From: a bacterium
GTDB taxonomy: Bacteria > Patescibacteriota > 4484-211 > GCA-002791395
NCBI GenBank assembly: GCA_027002475.1
Contig: JALWZS010000038.1
Coordinates: forward strand, 46,032-110,031
DNA length: 64,000 bases
Direction of reading: 5' to 3'
The position numbers and the translations under genes are program-made. Positions within the stretch are counted from its first letter, which is position 1, and the number at the start of each line of letters is the position of its first letter. Shown in pieces: positions 18,359-28,182 of this stretch. Below the pieces are notes generated by a model. The model did no database searches. It worked only from the letters and a program-made list of their open reading frames with translations, and had not been told where the DNA came from.

Positions 18359-20659
18359 ATGATTATAAATAAACTTTATACGAAGTTAATTGCATTAACG
18401 GCAGTGGTTTCAGTTGTTGCCGTAGTGCTGTTTGTGCTTGTCGTTCAAGAGGAAAAGCCAACTGCAGTTACCAGTACCGAACCAGTAAGCGCGGCAACCT
18501 GTGATCATTGGTTGGAAAGCGAACCGTTTTATACTAATACCACTAGATCCCATCCTTTGCCATCATTTGCTGCAGGAAACTACTACTACGTTATGTTGAA
18601 GACTCCTGCATCCCACGCAAAATATGCAGAGATATTAAGCGATGGGAGTTTAGGTGAGTGGAAGGTTGCGACTAAGGGAGAGAGCGATAATTCAGGGAGG
18701 GGATATAATGCTGTTTCGTTTGATGGAACTGGTTATTTGTTGCGCTATGGACGTGTCTTGAAGCAGATCACTAGCGCAGATGGAGACATTGTTAACGAGG
18801 CAGATGTTGGGAATGGACCTAATAACGTTGGTGGACATGGTTACTATTGGTTGGGTTCCGTTCTTGCTGATTTTGGGGCAACTCGTTGGGTATATATCTT
18901 TGGTGGCTTTGACTTAGATCCTCATGTTTATGTATTTGACGGCACTTATCGTTCCAACAACTTGGCTAGCGCAAGTACTTGGTCTTGGACCCATATAGGC
19001 AAGAAGTTTCCAGGGGCTTACCCATACAAGGGGGCTTTTTATAAAGCTTCTGACGCATATGGGTTTATTTATGTGGCGGATCGCGACGGAACATTGTATA
19101 AGATACGTGTTGACTCTAATGGTAATTTAGGAACGTGGTCCTCTGCTGGTGTAAACTTTCCATCCGCCGATCGTGGGGATTATTTTGTTGCCAACAACAA
19201 GCTATGGGTGATTAGAGGGTCAAAGGTTTACTATGGAGATATTGATTCTTCCAGCGGGAACATATCCGCTTTTGATGATTCGCCACCTGATTTGCCAGGA
19301 CCTCAAATAGAGATGGATTGGGGGGACGGGCATAATGAAGGTAATTCGTGGGCAATAGTAAATGATGTGATTTATGTCACGGGTCCAGATAGGGTTTACT
19401 ATCTTCCATTAAGTGGCGGTTGTACGCGTGGTGGCGGTGGCGGTGGTTGGACGCCTGGTGTTGGTGGGGCTATAACTTGTAACGTTAAAGAATGGATTGC
19501 AAACGGCCCAAACGTTTTGACCGATCCAATAATATGTCCACGTCCTGAAGCGAGTAAGATAAATCCAGATTATTGTGCCGAAAACCCAACAGATGAAGTC
19601 TGCTTAAATCCTCCACCTCCATCAAGTCGGTGTGTGGACGGTGAAAAGTGTAAATTTAATTTCCAGCCCGATAAGATAGCTCAAATCCCGATGGATAAAG
19701 ATTATGGACAACATGATGGAACTGGGATAATGGCTGGCAAGCGTCAATATCGATATTATGACTACGACAATGATGTATTTATAGATGTCCCACCATATTG
19801 GTTCGGTAGCGGAGGAGGAAGTTTAATTGAAGCTAGTCTGACAAGTACTTCCCCAGCGCCTTATGATGGTTTGTCTGATCCAAGTATAACGGATGAAGCT
19901 CCGTGTGGTTGGCCAACTAATACATCTCATAGAAATGTTTATGCTGGATGTGGCTTCCCTTATACGGCTCACGATCGCGACACTTCAGGTGTAAATGGGA
20001 TTTGTCCAGAAGATATGAACCCACAAGCTCCAATTAGTTCTTGCGCTACAGAGGCATCTAACTATCATAACACTAATAATGGAACAGATATAACAGGTTA
20101 TGCAACTATTTATGCTACGCAAAAGGGGACCGCTTATAGGTGTGTGGATACATTGGATACTGACTACGGTGCCCATGGCTATGGAGTATTTACTGTAGTT
20201 CGAGGGGAGTATTTCACTACCTTAAGTGTACATTTTAGGCCAGTCCCTGCAGTTGATAGTGTTCCAGAATTAACCGATCCAAATGGGAGTCATTTATGTT
20301 GGGGGACAAAGCTTGTAAAAAAATGGGATGTTCAAAGGGGTGATGCCTTGGGAGAGGTTGGGCTTACTGGTTATACGAACGGTCCACACGTACATTATGT
20401 TATATTCCGAAACACCTTGCCCGATTCTAGTAATCCTTCTAAAAAGCTTCCTGATTGGAACCAACCAATCTGCGCCGCTTCGTTTATGGACTTGAACAAT
20501 GATTATTGTCAAGGGTTACCTCCTCAAACAATGAGTGCAAACCCATTTAGTAGCGTAGGCGCTTTTGTTAATAGTATCAATCCGTTTAGTTCTAATACAC
20601 AAGAGAGTACGCCTACACAAGAGAGTGCGCCAGATAGTAATTCTGATTATCGGGGCTAG
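18359..20659 (+). CDS. exported protein with propeller/kelch-like region and degenerate M23 domain
   Basis: N-terminal TM; LGEW/LGTW and YIFGG repeats; CGWP...GTD...HGYG...VQRGDALGEVGLTGYTNGPHVHY. Confidence 0.7.
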   Translation: MIINKLYTKLIALTAVVSVVAVVLFVLVVQEEKPTAVTSTEPVSAATCDHWLESEPFYTNTTRSHPLPSFAAGNYYYVMLKTPASHAKYAEILSDGSLGEWKVATKGESDNSGRGYNAVSFDGTGYLLRYGRVLKQITSADGDIVNEADVGNGPNNVGGHGYYWLGSVLADFGATRWVYIFGGFDLDPHVYVFDGTYRSNNLASASTWSWTHIGKKFPGAYPYKGAFYKASDAYGFIYVADRDGTLYKIRVDSNGNLGTWSSAGVNFPSADRGDYFVANNKLWVIRGSKVYYGDIDSSSGNISAFDDSPPDLPGPQIEMDWGDGHNEGNSWAIVNDVIYVTGPDRVYYLPLSGGCTRGGGGGGWTPGVGGAITCNVKEWIANGPNVLTDPIICPRPEASKINPDYCAENPTDEVCLNPPPPSSRCVDGEKCKFNFQPDKIAQIPMDKDYGQHDGTGIMAGKRQYRYYDYDNDVFIDVPPYWFGSGGGSLIEASLTSTSPAPYDGLSDPSITDEAPCGWPTNTSHRNVYAGCGFPYTAHDRDTSGVNGICPEDMNPQAPISSCATEASNYHNTNNGTDITGYATIYATQKGTAYRCVDTLDTDYGAHGYGVFTVVRGEYFTTLSVHFRPVPAVDSVPELTDPNGSHLCWGTKLVKKWDVQRGDALGEVGLTGYTNGPHVHYVIFRNTLPDSSNPSKKLPDWNQPICAASFMDLNNDYCQGLPPQTMSANPFSSVGAFVNSINPFSSNTQESTPTQESAPDSNSDYRG

Positions 20660-20662
20660 AAA

Positions 20663-21703
20663 ATGACTAAAAAAAAGAAGCAACTAATAATAGGTGGTGT
20701 TGTTGGGTTTATGTTAATTCTTGCATTGGCATATTCTTTGCCACGTTTAACTCACACAGTTACAAGTCCAGAGCCAACTGCAGCGCCACCAGCGGAAATA
20801 ACCCCAAAGGAGCTGCGTAGCGTAAAAGCTATTGAAGCGTCTGATGATTTAAGTGATATGGTCTTTAATGAAGCAAAGGGACTGTATTATATTTCAAGTT
20901 TCGACGAAGGCAAGATTTATGCTATTGGGCTTGAGAGTCAGACCGTAGATGGGGAGATTCCTGTTGTTGCACCAAATAGAATGTTACTAAACCCTGCAAT
21001 AAATAAAATGTATGTTACTTCAGCCGATACGGTAAAAGAGGTTGGTTTAAATAACTTTACGGTTGAGAGAAGTGTTAAAACAGGAGTTCATCCATTAGAG
21101 CTATTGGTTGCAGATAGTGGAAAACGCTTATTTGTTGTGAACGAATTCTCTGATAATGTGGCAGTTATTGATACAGATTCATTCTCGCTTATCGCAACCA
21201 TTCCCGTCGGTAAGAGGCCAGTTGATATTGCAAAGGATAGAAACGGTGAATTCGTTTACGTTGTCAATAAAGAGGATGCATCGGTCTCTAAGATATCGGT
21301 TAGTAATTTAAGTGTGGTATCAACAATTGAAAATGTTGGGCGACCGGTTGTAATTGAAGCATACCCCGGTAAAGACTTGATGCTAATCTTAGATCAATAC
21401 GGCGATAATGTAATTGTACTTGATACAAATACGGACAAAATCGTTAAAACAATTAAAACTGTAGATTATCCTGCTGCTATTGCATTCGATCTTGGTAACA
21501 ATCGCTTTTTTGTTTCAAGTTTTACAAAAAGCTCTATTGGCATAATTGACATTGAAAAAGAAGCAATGGTATCTGAACTGCAACTTGGAACTGCATTCCA
21601 ACCAATCTCTGGGCTTAACAATATGATTTACAACGCACAAAGCAAGTCACTTATTGTTACAAACACAAATACCGGCAAGGTCTTTTTCGTGCCGGTTGAC
21701 TAA
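20663..21703 (+). CDS. YncE/YVTN-type beta-propeller protein
   Basis: Repeats MYVTS, LFVVNEFSDNVAVID, IPVGKRP, VYVVNKEDASVSKI; N-terminal TM. Confidence 0.85.
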   Translation: MTKKKKQLIIGGVVGFMLILALAYSLPRLTHTVTSPEPTAAPPAEITPKELRSVKAIEASDDLSDMVFNEAKGLYYISSFDEGKIYAIGLESQTVDGEIPVVAPNRMLLNPAINKMYVTSADTVKEVGLNNFTVERSVKTGVHPLELLVADSGKRLFVVNEFSDNVAVIDTDSFSLIATIPVGKRPVDIAKDRNGEFVYVVNKEDASVSKISVSNLSVVSTIENVGRPVVIEAYPGKDLMLILDQYGDNVIVLDTNTDKIVKTIKTVDYPAAIAFDLGNNRFFVSSFTKSSIGIIDIEKEAMVSELQLGTAFQPISGLNNMIYNAQSKSLIVTNTNTGKVFFVPVD

Positions 21704-21717
21704 TGCCTGTTTAAGCC

Positions 21718-21746
21718 TTGACACTGCTATATTCTGTATCTATACT
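21718..21746 (+). promoter_or_regulatory. sigma70-type promoter, near-leaderless
   Basis: TTGACA-17 nt-TATACT, ending 8 nt before ATG 21755. Confidence 0.7.
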
Positions 21747-21754
21747 GAAGACGT

Positions 21755-22285
21755 ATGTTCTCTAAAATCTTACTGCGCCTTTTAAAAGAAGCTTTGTTCC
21801 CGGCAGTGCTAGTGCTGCTTACTAAGGTTGCAGCCATCATGATTTTTGTGCATGCATTTTCTTTAGCTTGGAGCTTGGAGGTTAAGACATTTATTCCTGA
21901 TTTTACATTCGAAAACCAAGACGTTTCTGTTTTTGTTAATTCGTACTCTAACCTGTTTGTATTTTTAGTTGTTGTGTTTGGGTTTGCTTGGGTATTAGCT
22001 AGAGCGTATTACTTTCACGATACACATATAAAGCCGTCTTTAATTCTAAGGCTTTTGTCATGGAATTTAACCGGACTTTTAACAAGTAGTCACGAAATTT
22101 ATCACAAAGGAGTTGTTTGGATTTCTTATCTATGGCTAATAACACTCCTTATTGGAGTGCATACATTGCTTGGCATTAATTATGTTTGGGTTTTTGTGTT
22201 TGCGTTGGCTTCAAGCGTACTTGCAACTTGGTACTTTATTGCTGACGTAGAAAGGGAACTAGTTCATCATGAAAGCACTATCTAA
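21755..22285 (+). CDS. hypothetical membrane protein (~4 TM)
   Basis: Hydrophobic ORF with its own promoter. Confidence 0.7.
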   Translation: MFSKILLRLLKEALFPAVLVLLTKVAAIMIFVHAFSLAWSLEVKTFIPDFTFENQDVSVFVNSYSNLFVFLVVVFGFAWVLARAYYFHDTHIKPSLILRLLSWNLTGLLTSSHEIYHKGVVWISYLWLITLLIGVHTLLGINYVWVFVFALASSVLATWYFIADVERELVHHESTI

Positions 22286-23036
22286 TCTCGCACTAACACT
22301 AATTTTATTTGGTCTATTTATGGTACCTGTGATTGCTATTCATAGGATGGTTTCTTTTGAGACTGTACCAAATAAAGGTGTTGTTGCTGGAGCTAGAACT
22401 ATCGACTCAAGTGATTTAAATATAATTCCAAATACGTCCGATTTTGATAAGTATGCAAGTTTTGCACCACATTCATTTGAGAATGGAGTTTATAAAGACA
22501 ACGTTACGGTAACATCTTTTCAACGACAGCAAGCAACGTACCGTGGACTTTATACACTTTACAATGTTTCAAAAGATCCAATAAAGCTAACAATTGTAGG
22601 CGATATTGCAGTACCTACCGATGCGACGTTTGATAGGATTGTTTTAGGGTTTGGCAATAACACTTTTGGTGAAAAGCTGTCTGCAGATCTTAAAAAGGGT
22701 ACGTCATTAATCCCAATGGATGTGCCTCTAGAAGGGGTTAATGTGGGGGATAAGATTTTAATTGGAGATGAATTAGTAAGTGTACTTCGAATTACCCCAA
22801 CTCATTTAGTAACAATGCCACTACAAAACACACATAAAGCAGGTGAAAAGATGTATCCTCAATCTGTAGTTCTAACACCAGGTGAAATTGTTTTCCCTGA
22901 ATCAGGGGTATATGTTCTAGAGGCAGGTGAAAAGGTTTTGGTCAACCTTGAAGTAAAAGGCTCTGCAAGGTTGTTGCAGCAAGATCAAAAAGTAACGGTT
23001 CCGCTCGAAATTAGAGCACAAAGATTAGACTCTTAA
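22269..23036 (+). CDS. hypothetical exported protein
   Basis: N-terminal TM followed by G-V-x-G-A motif (GVVAGA). Confidence 0.65.
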   Translation: MKALSNLALTLILFGLFMVPVIAIHRMVSFETVPNKGVVAGARTIDSSDLNIIPNTSDFDKYASFAPHSFENGVYKDNVTVTSFQRQQATYRGLYTLYNVSKDPIKLTIVGDIAVPTDATFDRIVLGFGNNTFGEKLSADLKKGTSLIPMDVPLEGVNVGDKILIGDELVSVLRITPTHLVTMPLQNTHKAGEKMYPQSVVLTPGEIVFPESGVYVLEAGEKVLVNLEVKGSARLLQQDQKVTVPLEIRAQRLDS

Positions 23037-23055
23037 ACGGTTTTAGCCTCTTTGC

Positions 23056-24870
23056 TTACAAATCCGCAGCAGTCAATATATCAAAACGTGTTGTCCAAAT
23101 AGCGTCTGTTCCAGGAGATTTTAGGTTAAAGACAAACTTAAATCGATTGGCGTCGATATCAACAACAGAGCCATTGTTAAAATACACACGAACTGTTTTG
23201 GTTTGGGCTGTATTTGCCCCCGACTTTCCGTTTTCGTCAAGCACTTCAATGGCATTAAAGTTGGTGATTGGGGTTATTCCTGATTTGTTTAGTGCGTCAA
23301 CGATCTCACTTGATGTAAGCTCGCCAATTTGGTTGTTGTAACTTTCTGGGAGAAGTGCAGCATTGGCTAAATCTGTAACTTGCTCAATTGATAGCCATGG
23401 TTCATCTCCCCATGCCTTGTGATACCACGGAGAACCTGCGTAATCTTTACCCTCGTAGGGCTTCCCTTTGGCGTCAAAGTCGGCGATACTAACTGAGTAT
23501 GGTCGGTAACCGCCCCATACCTGTTGAGTGGTTAAAGTAAATCCGCCAGCCCCAATCGAGTACCATGCCTCAATTGGCTCGCCTTGATAAGTAATTACAA
23601 TTCCGCGTGTACTCTCTACAGCTTCTCTCCAGTACTCTCCGCACAAACCGTTGACCTTACTATCTCCAACATATACCTGACATTGTTGTGTCGTACAAAT
23701 AGGGTTTTGACCGTTATTGGTGTACTTTAGCGCATATGTGCGTGATATTATTGCTTGGACTTTAAGAATCTCAATGCCGCCTCGATCAGGCTTGCCCCAG
23801 CACGATGGCATTTCTCCTATTCCGAGTAGGTACTTGTCTTCAAATGGGAGTGTTCTTCCGTCTGTTAAGGTGATTGTTTTTGGTGCGTCCCATTTTTGTA
23901 GTTCTACGCCCTTAAAATACGCTTTTATTATCTCGTCTGCTGTTTGCCCAGCGACAGCACGCCCTAGTGCTCCATATTGGCTTAACCCGACCCGATGAGG
24001 ATATCCATATGTCCAAAATGAGAAATAGACCTTACCATCCTTAGGTGGGGATTTCTCTATCGCTGCCTCGTCTATTTCGATGTTTCCAACAGACGTTGAA
24101 GCTAGCGCTGCTGCTGCTTTTCTTGCTAAGATATCGCGTTGCTTTTGGGTTAGCTGATTTATCTTTTCGTCAATACCAATTAATGCTTGGTTTAAGTCTT
24201 GCATTCTAGCTTGTGCGGCAGCAAGATTGCTTTGTGTTTTAGAAATCTCTCCTTGAAGCGCATTTTGTTTAGCCACAAGTTCTTGCTTTTGTATAGTTAA
24301 CTCGTCTTTTATCTTTGCTAAGACTTCTCGAATATCCTGAATAGTTTGGAGTTGCTCGCCGAGGTTATCTGCATCCCGCTTTATCGAATACGTGACTGCT
24401 CTTTTGTAAATTAGGTTTTTTGTTAAATCTTTTAGCGTCTTTGCTGCAAAAATATGCGATAGCCATCCTGGAGCTTGCTGCATATACATCTGCCTTATGG
24501 CTTCGTGCATTAGTTCTAATCGTTCATTAATTAACTTTTCTGTTTCATCAATTTGCGCGTTTACCTTTTCAAGCTCGGCCTCCTTTTCCTTAATTGATTC
24601 TTGAGTAACTGCAACTTGCTGTTTGGTTGATTGATAGCTTTGTTGCATCGAAACTAAAGAATTTTCATACTGCGCCTTTAGTGCTTTTAGTTGGTCTAGC
24701 GCTTTTTGGTTAGCATCTTTTTGCTCTTTAGCTTTTTGTAGTTCTTCTTGAGTTTGGTCGAGTTGTTTGTCTAAATCGCTTAATGAATCCCCAAATGTGC
24801 GTGGTACAAATATAAAAGTTGCGATTAGTATAAGTACTCCGGTTAGTATAAGTGGAAACTTCCTGTTCAT
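23056..24870 (-). CDS. SpoIID/LytB domain lytic transglycosylase with N-terminal coiled coil
   Basis: Signal peptide, long coiled coil, HRVGLSQYGA, YLLGIGEMP, LKVQAIISRTYA, ICTTQQCQVY. Confidence 0.85.
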   Translation of the reverse strand: MNRKFPLILTGVLILIATFIFVPRTFGDSLSDLDKQLDQTQEELQKAKEQKDANQKALDQLKALKAQYENSLVSMQQSYQSTKQQVAVTQESIKEKEAELEKVNAQIDETEKLINERLELMHEAIRQMYMQQAPGWLSHIFAAKTLKDLTKNLIYKRAVTYSIKRDADNLGEQLQTIQDIREVLAKIKDELTIQKQELVAKQNALQGEISKTQSNLAAAQARMQDLNQALIGIDEKINQLTQKQRDILARKAAAALASTSVGNIEIDEAAIEKSPPKDGKVYFSFWTYGYPHRVGLSQYGALGRAVAGQTADEIIKAYFKGVELQKWDAPKTITLTDGRTLPFEDKYLLGIGEMPSCWGKPDRGGIEILKVQAIISRTYALKYTNNGQNPICTTQQCQVYVGDSKVNGLCGEYWREAVESTRGIVITYQGEPIEAWYSIGAGGFTLTTQQVWGGYRPYSVSIADFDAKGKPYEGKDYAGSPWYHKAWGDEPWLSIEQVTDLANAALLPESYNNQIGELTSSEIVDALNKSGITPITNFNAIEVLDENGKSGANTAQTKTVRVYFNNGSVVDIDANRFKFVFNLKSPGTDAIWTTRFDILTAADL

Positions 24871-24975
24871 TGTAATTTAATGATAGCAAATATCTTGCTT
24901 GGCGTATGTTGTGTAGAGCTTGAGGTCTTATTAATTTTGGCGCGAAAATAACTGTATAATCAAGAGAGCTAAACC

Positions 24976-25806
24976 ATGATAGATACTCACGCACATCTTT
25001 ATTTTGATTCCTTTAATGACGATAGAGAAGAGGTTATTAAAAGGATTGACGATGAATTAGATGCAGTTATCAACATAGGAATTGATACTACGTCAAATAA
25101 AAAGGTCATTGAGTTAGCGCAAAACAATGACAGGCTTTTTGCGGTAGTCGGTTTTAATCCAGAAGCAGTTGTTAAGCTTTTGGAGTCAGATAAAAACACT
25201 GATGACTTGCAAATAGAGTTGGGAGAACTGCTTTTACCGAGAAACAAAATCGTCGGGATTGGTGAGATTGGGCTAGATTATTACTGGAAAGAGTTTGCCG
25301 CAGAAAGCCAACGGGAACTACAAAAAAAAGGCTTTAGAGCGCAGGTAGAATTTGCAATAAAAAATGAGCTGCCGATTGTTATCCATTCTCGCGACGCCTT
25401 TTTCGATACGTTTAAAATATTAAGTGATTATAAAGACGAGTCTTATTTCAAGGGCGTTTGGCACTCATTTACCATAGATAAATCAGGTGGCGCTAATGGT
25501 GTTAGTCCAAAGGAGCAGTTGGAAAAGGTGCTAGGCTTAGGTCTTTACATCGGGGTTAACGGGATTGTCACATTTCCTTCGGCTAGGGGTTTACAAGAAC
25601 TAATAAAGGAGGCTCCATTAGGTCGAGTGCTTTTAGAAACAGACTCGCCATTTCTTGCTCCTCAGCCAAAGCGTGGGAAACGCAACGAGCCGGTATTTGT
25701 GCGCTTTGTGGCTAAAAAGATTGCGGAAATAAAAGGAGCATCAGTTAATGATGTTGCTATTCAAACAGATAGGAACGCAAAGGAGTTGTTTGGGTTGGAG
25801 AGTTGA
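24976..25806 (+). CDS. tatD: TatD family hydrolase
   Basis: MIDTHAHL, IGEIGLDY, IHSRDA, LETDSPFLAP. Confidence 0.95.
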   Translation: MIDTHAHLYFDSFNDDREEVIKRIDDELDAVINIGIDTTSNKKVIELAQNNDRLFAVVGFNPEAVVKLLESDKNTDDLQIELGELLLPRNKIVGIGEIGLDYYWKEFAAESQRELQKKGFRAQVEFAIKNELPIVIHSRDAFFDTFKILSDYKDESYFKGVWHSFTIDKSGGANGVSPKEQLEKVLGLGLYIGVNGIVTFPSARGLQELIKEAPLGRVLLETDSPFLAPQPKRGKRNEPVFVRFVAKKIAEIKGASVNDVAIQTDRNAKELFGLES

Positions 25807-25886
25807 AGGGTTGGAGGGTTGACGTATGAAGCGCCCAAAACGGTGAGAGATCGCCACGCATTTGCTCTGCAAATACTCGCGATGCA
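25792..25886. repeat. octamer repeats plus half of a GTC...GAC palindromic element
   Basis: GGGTTGGAGAGTTGAAGGGTTGGAGGGTTG then GAGATCGCCACGC...CTCGCGATG. Confidence 0.6.
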
Positions 25887-25917
25887 GTAGGCGTAAGTGG
25901 CGGGTTATAATGTTGTT

Positions 25918-26259
25918 ATGTTTAAAGATAGACGGGTTCTTTTGTATACAATTGCCGCAATATTTATTAGCCAGTTGACCTTTTGGTTGGTGTTTTTATA
26001 TTACGATCAGTTGCCGCCTCAAATCCCGCTATGGAATTTGTCTAGCTGCGTTGAGTGTACCTTGGCTTCAACTGCGAACATATGGTATTTGCCTGGTCTT
26101 TCGATAGGTATTGTTGCATTGCATTTACTAATAACACTTTTTATTAACAAAACAAAGCCATTTATGGTTAATTTCGTTATGGGAACAACGCTTCCTATGA
26201 GCCTGTTTTTGCTTGGGGCAACGGTTAGACTGTTGGGGTTAGTGCTCGGTTGGTTTTAG
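25918..26259 (+). CDS. membrane protein (DUF1648-like)
   Basis: LPPQIPLW motif after the first TM; TATAAT 6 nt upstream of ATG 25918. Confidence 0.65.
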   Translation: MFKDRRVLLYTIAAIFISQLTFWLVFLYYDQLPPQIPLWNLSSCVECTLASTANIWYLPGLSIGIVALHLLITLFINKTKPFMVNFVMGTTLPMSLFLLGATVRLLGLVLGWF

Positions 26260-26303
26260 ATTAAAGCCTAAACTAAGGACTATTCTTTCAATGGTAGAAT
26301 AGT

Positions 26304-27605
26304 ATGGTTATGGTAGAAAAGATAGTTAATTTTTTGCGAAACGCATGGAGTACTCCTGACCTTAGGAAGAAGTTAATATTTACATTCATAATAATAACAA
26401 TTTACAGGCTTGTTGCGCATGTGCCTTTGCCTGGTGTTAACTTAAGTGCACTTCGGACACTGTTTGAGCAGTCTCAATTTTTAGGACTTCTTAACATGTT
26501 TTCAGGTGGTGCACTAGCTAACTTTTCAATAATCGCACTAGGACTTAACCCTTACATTAATGCCTCAATTATCTTTCAGCTTGCAGGGATGGTTATTCCA
26601 AAGCTTGAGGAGCTACAAAAAGAAGGAGAGCAAGGGCAGCGCAAAATTAATCAATGGACACGAATTCTTAGCGTACCATTGGCTGCAGTGCAGTCTTTAT
26701 CTGTTTACTTTATATTAAGGCAGTCTCATATCATTGACTCTTTAACACCGCTTAGTCTGTTGGCGATGATTGCAACTTTAACTGCAGGTTCGATTCTTGC
26801 TGTCTGGCTTGGTGAGCTTTTGACCGAGTATGGGATTGGTAATGGGATTTCAATTCTTATTAGCGTTGGTATCATCTCTGGTTTGCCAACTCAAATTACG
26901 CAGCTTCTTTCTACAAGAACATCGGAAGATACATTTAACTTAATTGTATTTTTGGTTTTGGCAATAGTTACTATCGTGGCAATTGTAATTGTTAACGAAG
27001 GGAGGCGGCAGATTCCCGTCCAGTATGCCAGAAGAGTTCATGGGGCAAAACAAGGGATTAGCCAAATGACATATTTGCCGCTTAGGGTAAATCAGGCGGG
27101 AGTTATTCCAATCATCTTTGCTGTGTCTCTTGTTTTAATTCCAGGAACTGTTGCAAACTTTTTACAAGGGATTGATAACGCACAAGTTGCAGATATAGCG
27201 CGCGCAATGGCTAATTTCTTTAATCAAACAAGCTTTACGTACATGGCGACGTATTTTGTTCTTGTTGTGGCATTTACGTTCTTTTACACTGCGGTCACAT
27301 TTAATCCAGACAGAATTGCCGAAAACTTACAGCAGCAAGGTGGTTTCATTCCTGGTGTTAGGCCTGGAAAAGCGACCTCGGAGTATTTAAATAGGCTTCT
27401 TACACGTATAACGGTACCTGGCGCGTTGTTCTTGGGAGTAATCGCCATCTTGCCGATTTTGGTTAGAATGGCATTTCCTACAATTGGTTCCATTGTGACT
27501 TTGGGCGGGACAAGTCTTTTAATTCTTGTTTCAGTTACAGTTGAAACATTAAGGACAATGGAATCGATGATGGTAATGCGCGGATACGATAAATTTATCT
27601 CTTAG
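26304..27605 (+). CDS. secY: preprotein translocase SecY
   Basis: LGLNPYINASII, GIGNGIS, GVIPIIFA, IPGVRPG, GGTSLLI. Confidence 0.98.
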   Translation: MVMVEKIVNFLRNAWSTPDLRKKLIFTFIIITIYRLVAHVPLPGVNLSALRTLFEQSQFLGLLNMFSGGALANFSIIALGLNPYINASIIFQLAGMVIPKLEELQKEGEQGQRKINQWTRILSVPLAAVQSLSVYFILRQSHIIDSLTPLSLLAMIATLTAGSILAVWLGELLTEYGIGNGISILISVGIISGLPTQITQLLSTRTSEDTFNLIVFLVLAIVTIVAIVIVNEGRRQIPVQYARRVHGAKQGISQMTYLPLRVNQAGVIPIIFAVSLVLIPGTVANFLQGIDNAQVADIARAMANFFNQTSFTYMATYFVLVVAFTFFYTAVTFNPDRIAENLQQQGGFIPGVRPGKATSEYLNRLLTRITVPGALFLGVIAILPILVRMAFPTIGSIVTLGGTSLLILVSVTVETLRTMESMMVMRGYDKFIS

Positions 27606-27606
27606 C

Positions 27607-28182
27607 ATGATTCTTTTGGTAATGGGACCGCAAGGTTCTGGGAAATCGACTCAAGGCAAGCTCTTGGCAAAAAAATATGGGTTAACGTTCATTTCGACTG
27701 GAGAGATTTTTAGAAGTCTCTATAAAAGCGGCGACAAGATCGGTATTGAAGCGGAAAAATATTGGGGAAACGGTGAGCTAGTTCCAGATGAAATAGTTTT
27801 AAAAGTTTTAAAAGAGTACTTTAGGCTAAATCCAAGTAACAAAGGGTATGTTGTCGATGGTTTTCCGCGCAGAAAATCGCAGTTTCATCTTATGGAAGAG
27901 GCTTTCCCAGAGCCAGTTACAGTCTTAGTGTTTTTAACGCTTACCGGTGGGATTATTAAGCAACGACTAAAAAAGCGCTGGCACCTAGAACATAGACCCG
28001 ATGAGCAGCCAAAAGCCATAAAGAAGCGCTTAGAGATATATGCAAAAGAAACCGAACCTCTCATAAAAGAATTTAAAAAACATGGCGTTCCAGTCATTGA
28101 AATTGATGCGTCGCCTAGCATAGAGGAAATCTTTAGCAATATAGAGGGCGCTCTTAAAGAAAGGAATCTTATTGATGGATGA
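27607..28182 (+). CDS. adk: adenylate kinase (short LID)
   Basis: GPQGSGKST, STGEIFR, DGFPR; follows secY. Confidence 0.9.
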   Translation: MILLVMGPQGSGKSTQGKLLAKKYGLTFISTGEIFRSLYKSGDKIGIEAEKYWGNGELVPDEIVLKVLKEYFRLNPSNKGYVVDGFPRRKSQFHLMEEAFPEPVTVLVFLTLTGGIIKQRLKKRWHLEHRPDEQPKAIKKRLEIYAKETEPLIKEFKKHGVPVIEIDASPSIEEIFSNIEGALKERNLIDG

